Origin: Candidatus Nanogingivalaceae bacterium
GTDB taxonomy: Bacteria; Patescibacteriota; Saccharimonadia; Saccharimonadales; Saccharimonadaceae
NCBI GenBank assembly: GCA_015257795.3
Contig: CP072208.2
Location: 570,001 to 602,000 of the forward strand
DNA length: 32,000 nt
Reading direction: 5' to 3'
Shown: piece after piece, positions 31,859-32,000 of the stretch
Layout: each line of letters opens with the position of its first letter
Position numbering within the stretch: the stretch's first letter is position 1
Program-made: the position numbers and the translations under genes
Notes under the pieces: model-generated
What the model was told of the DNA's origin: nothing
Database searches by the model: none
The model's input: the letters and a program-made list of their open reading frames with translations, nothing else

Positions 31859-32000
31859 TTAAAGATTATTTATTGTTTTGGTTAGCTTTTCAATTTCTTC
31901 ACTAATATTTGCTAAAACTTTTGTACCAAAATCGGTTATTGAATAATACTTTCTTGGCGGCCCTTGCTCACTTTCTTGCCATTCGTGGCTTAATAATCCA
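31859..32000 (-). CDS. PadR family transcriptional regulator, C-terminal part (the ORF enters from the right edge)
   Basis: Own translation gives ...GLLSHEWQESEQGPPRKYYSITDFGTKVLANISEEIEKLTKTINNL*, which contains the PadR wing signature (W...G..RKYY.IT..G). Confidence 0.7.
   Translation of the reverse strand, partial: GLLSHEWQESEQGPPRKYYSITDFGTKVLANISEEIEKLTKTINNL

Noticed and set aside
1-32000. CRISPR arrays, rRNA genes, IS elements, integrases, or prophage or att-site signatures next to the tRNAs
   Set aside because: No regularly spaced direct repeats, no rRNA-like conserved stretches, no transposase- or integrase-like ORFs, and no duplicated tRNA 3' ends were seen. The frequent TTCGAA motif is too short and too irregularly spaced to be a repeat array.

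Overview
This is an AT-rich bacterial chromosomal segment, roughly one third G+C by eye. It uses the standard genetic code: dnaJ ends at a TGA and long ORFs are intact. Almost every long gene is on the minus strand.

**Gene content**
- The backbone is housekeeping: secG, dnaJ, dnaK, grpE, hrcA, phosphoketolase, gmk, yebC, uvrC, an FtsB/DivIC-like gene, five tRNAs, and a PadR / PspC-domain / ABC (MacB-FtsX type) envelope module.
- No rRNA, CRISPR array, transposase or integrase is visible.
- The small genes, class I aldolase, phosphoketolase and many orphan mini-ORFs resemble Patescibacteria/CPR (for example Saccharibacteria). Taxonomy cannot be established from this window alone.

**Main unexplained signals**
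1. The palindrome TTCGAA, often as TTTCGAAA, is in large excess in all three reading frames and in intergenic DNA.
2. The heat-shock regulon is split into three units. Each is controlled by a CIRCE operator whose 9-nt spacer carries the promoter -35 box. A fourth CIRCE-like extended palindrome also exists.
3. About ten genes have a -10 box only 6-8 nt upstream of the start codon and no Shine-Dalgarno sequence, which suggests leaderless mRNAs.
4. A promoter-to-terminator unit of about 155 nt with no ORF lies between grpE and phosphoketolase, and is a candidate sRNA or leader.
5. Self-contained plus-strand mini-gene cassettes with consensus promoters and long structured leaders run head-on to the minus-strand backbone.
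6. There are several unusual proteins:
   - a degenerate PfkB-like domain fused to an intact class I aldolase;
   - a histidine phosphatase fused to a GT-A glycosyltransferase;
   - a flavoprotein disulfide-reductase homologue that lacks its redox cysteines and His, encoded in an operon with a stand-alone ATP-cone protein and a membrane protein.

All counts and motif calls were made by eye and need computational confirmation.
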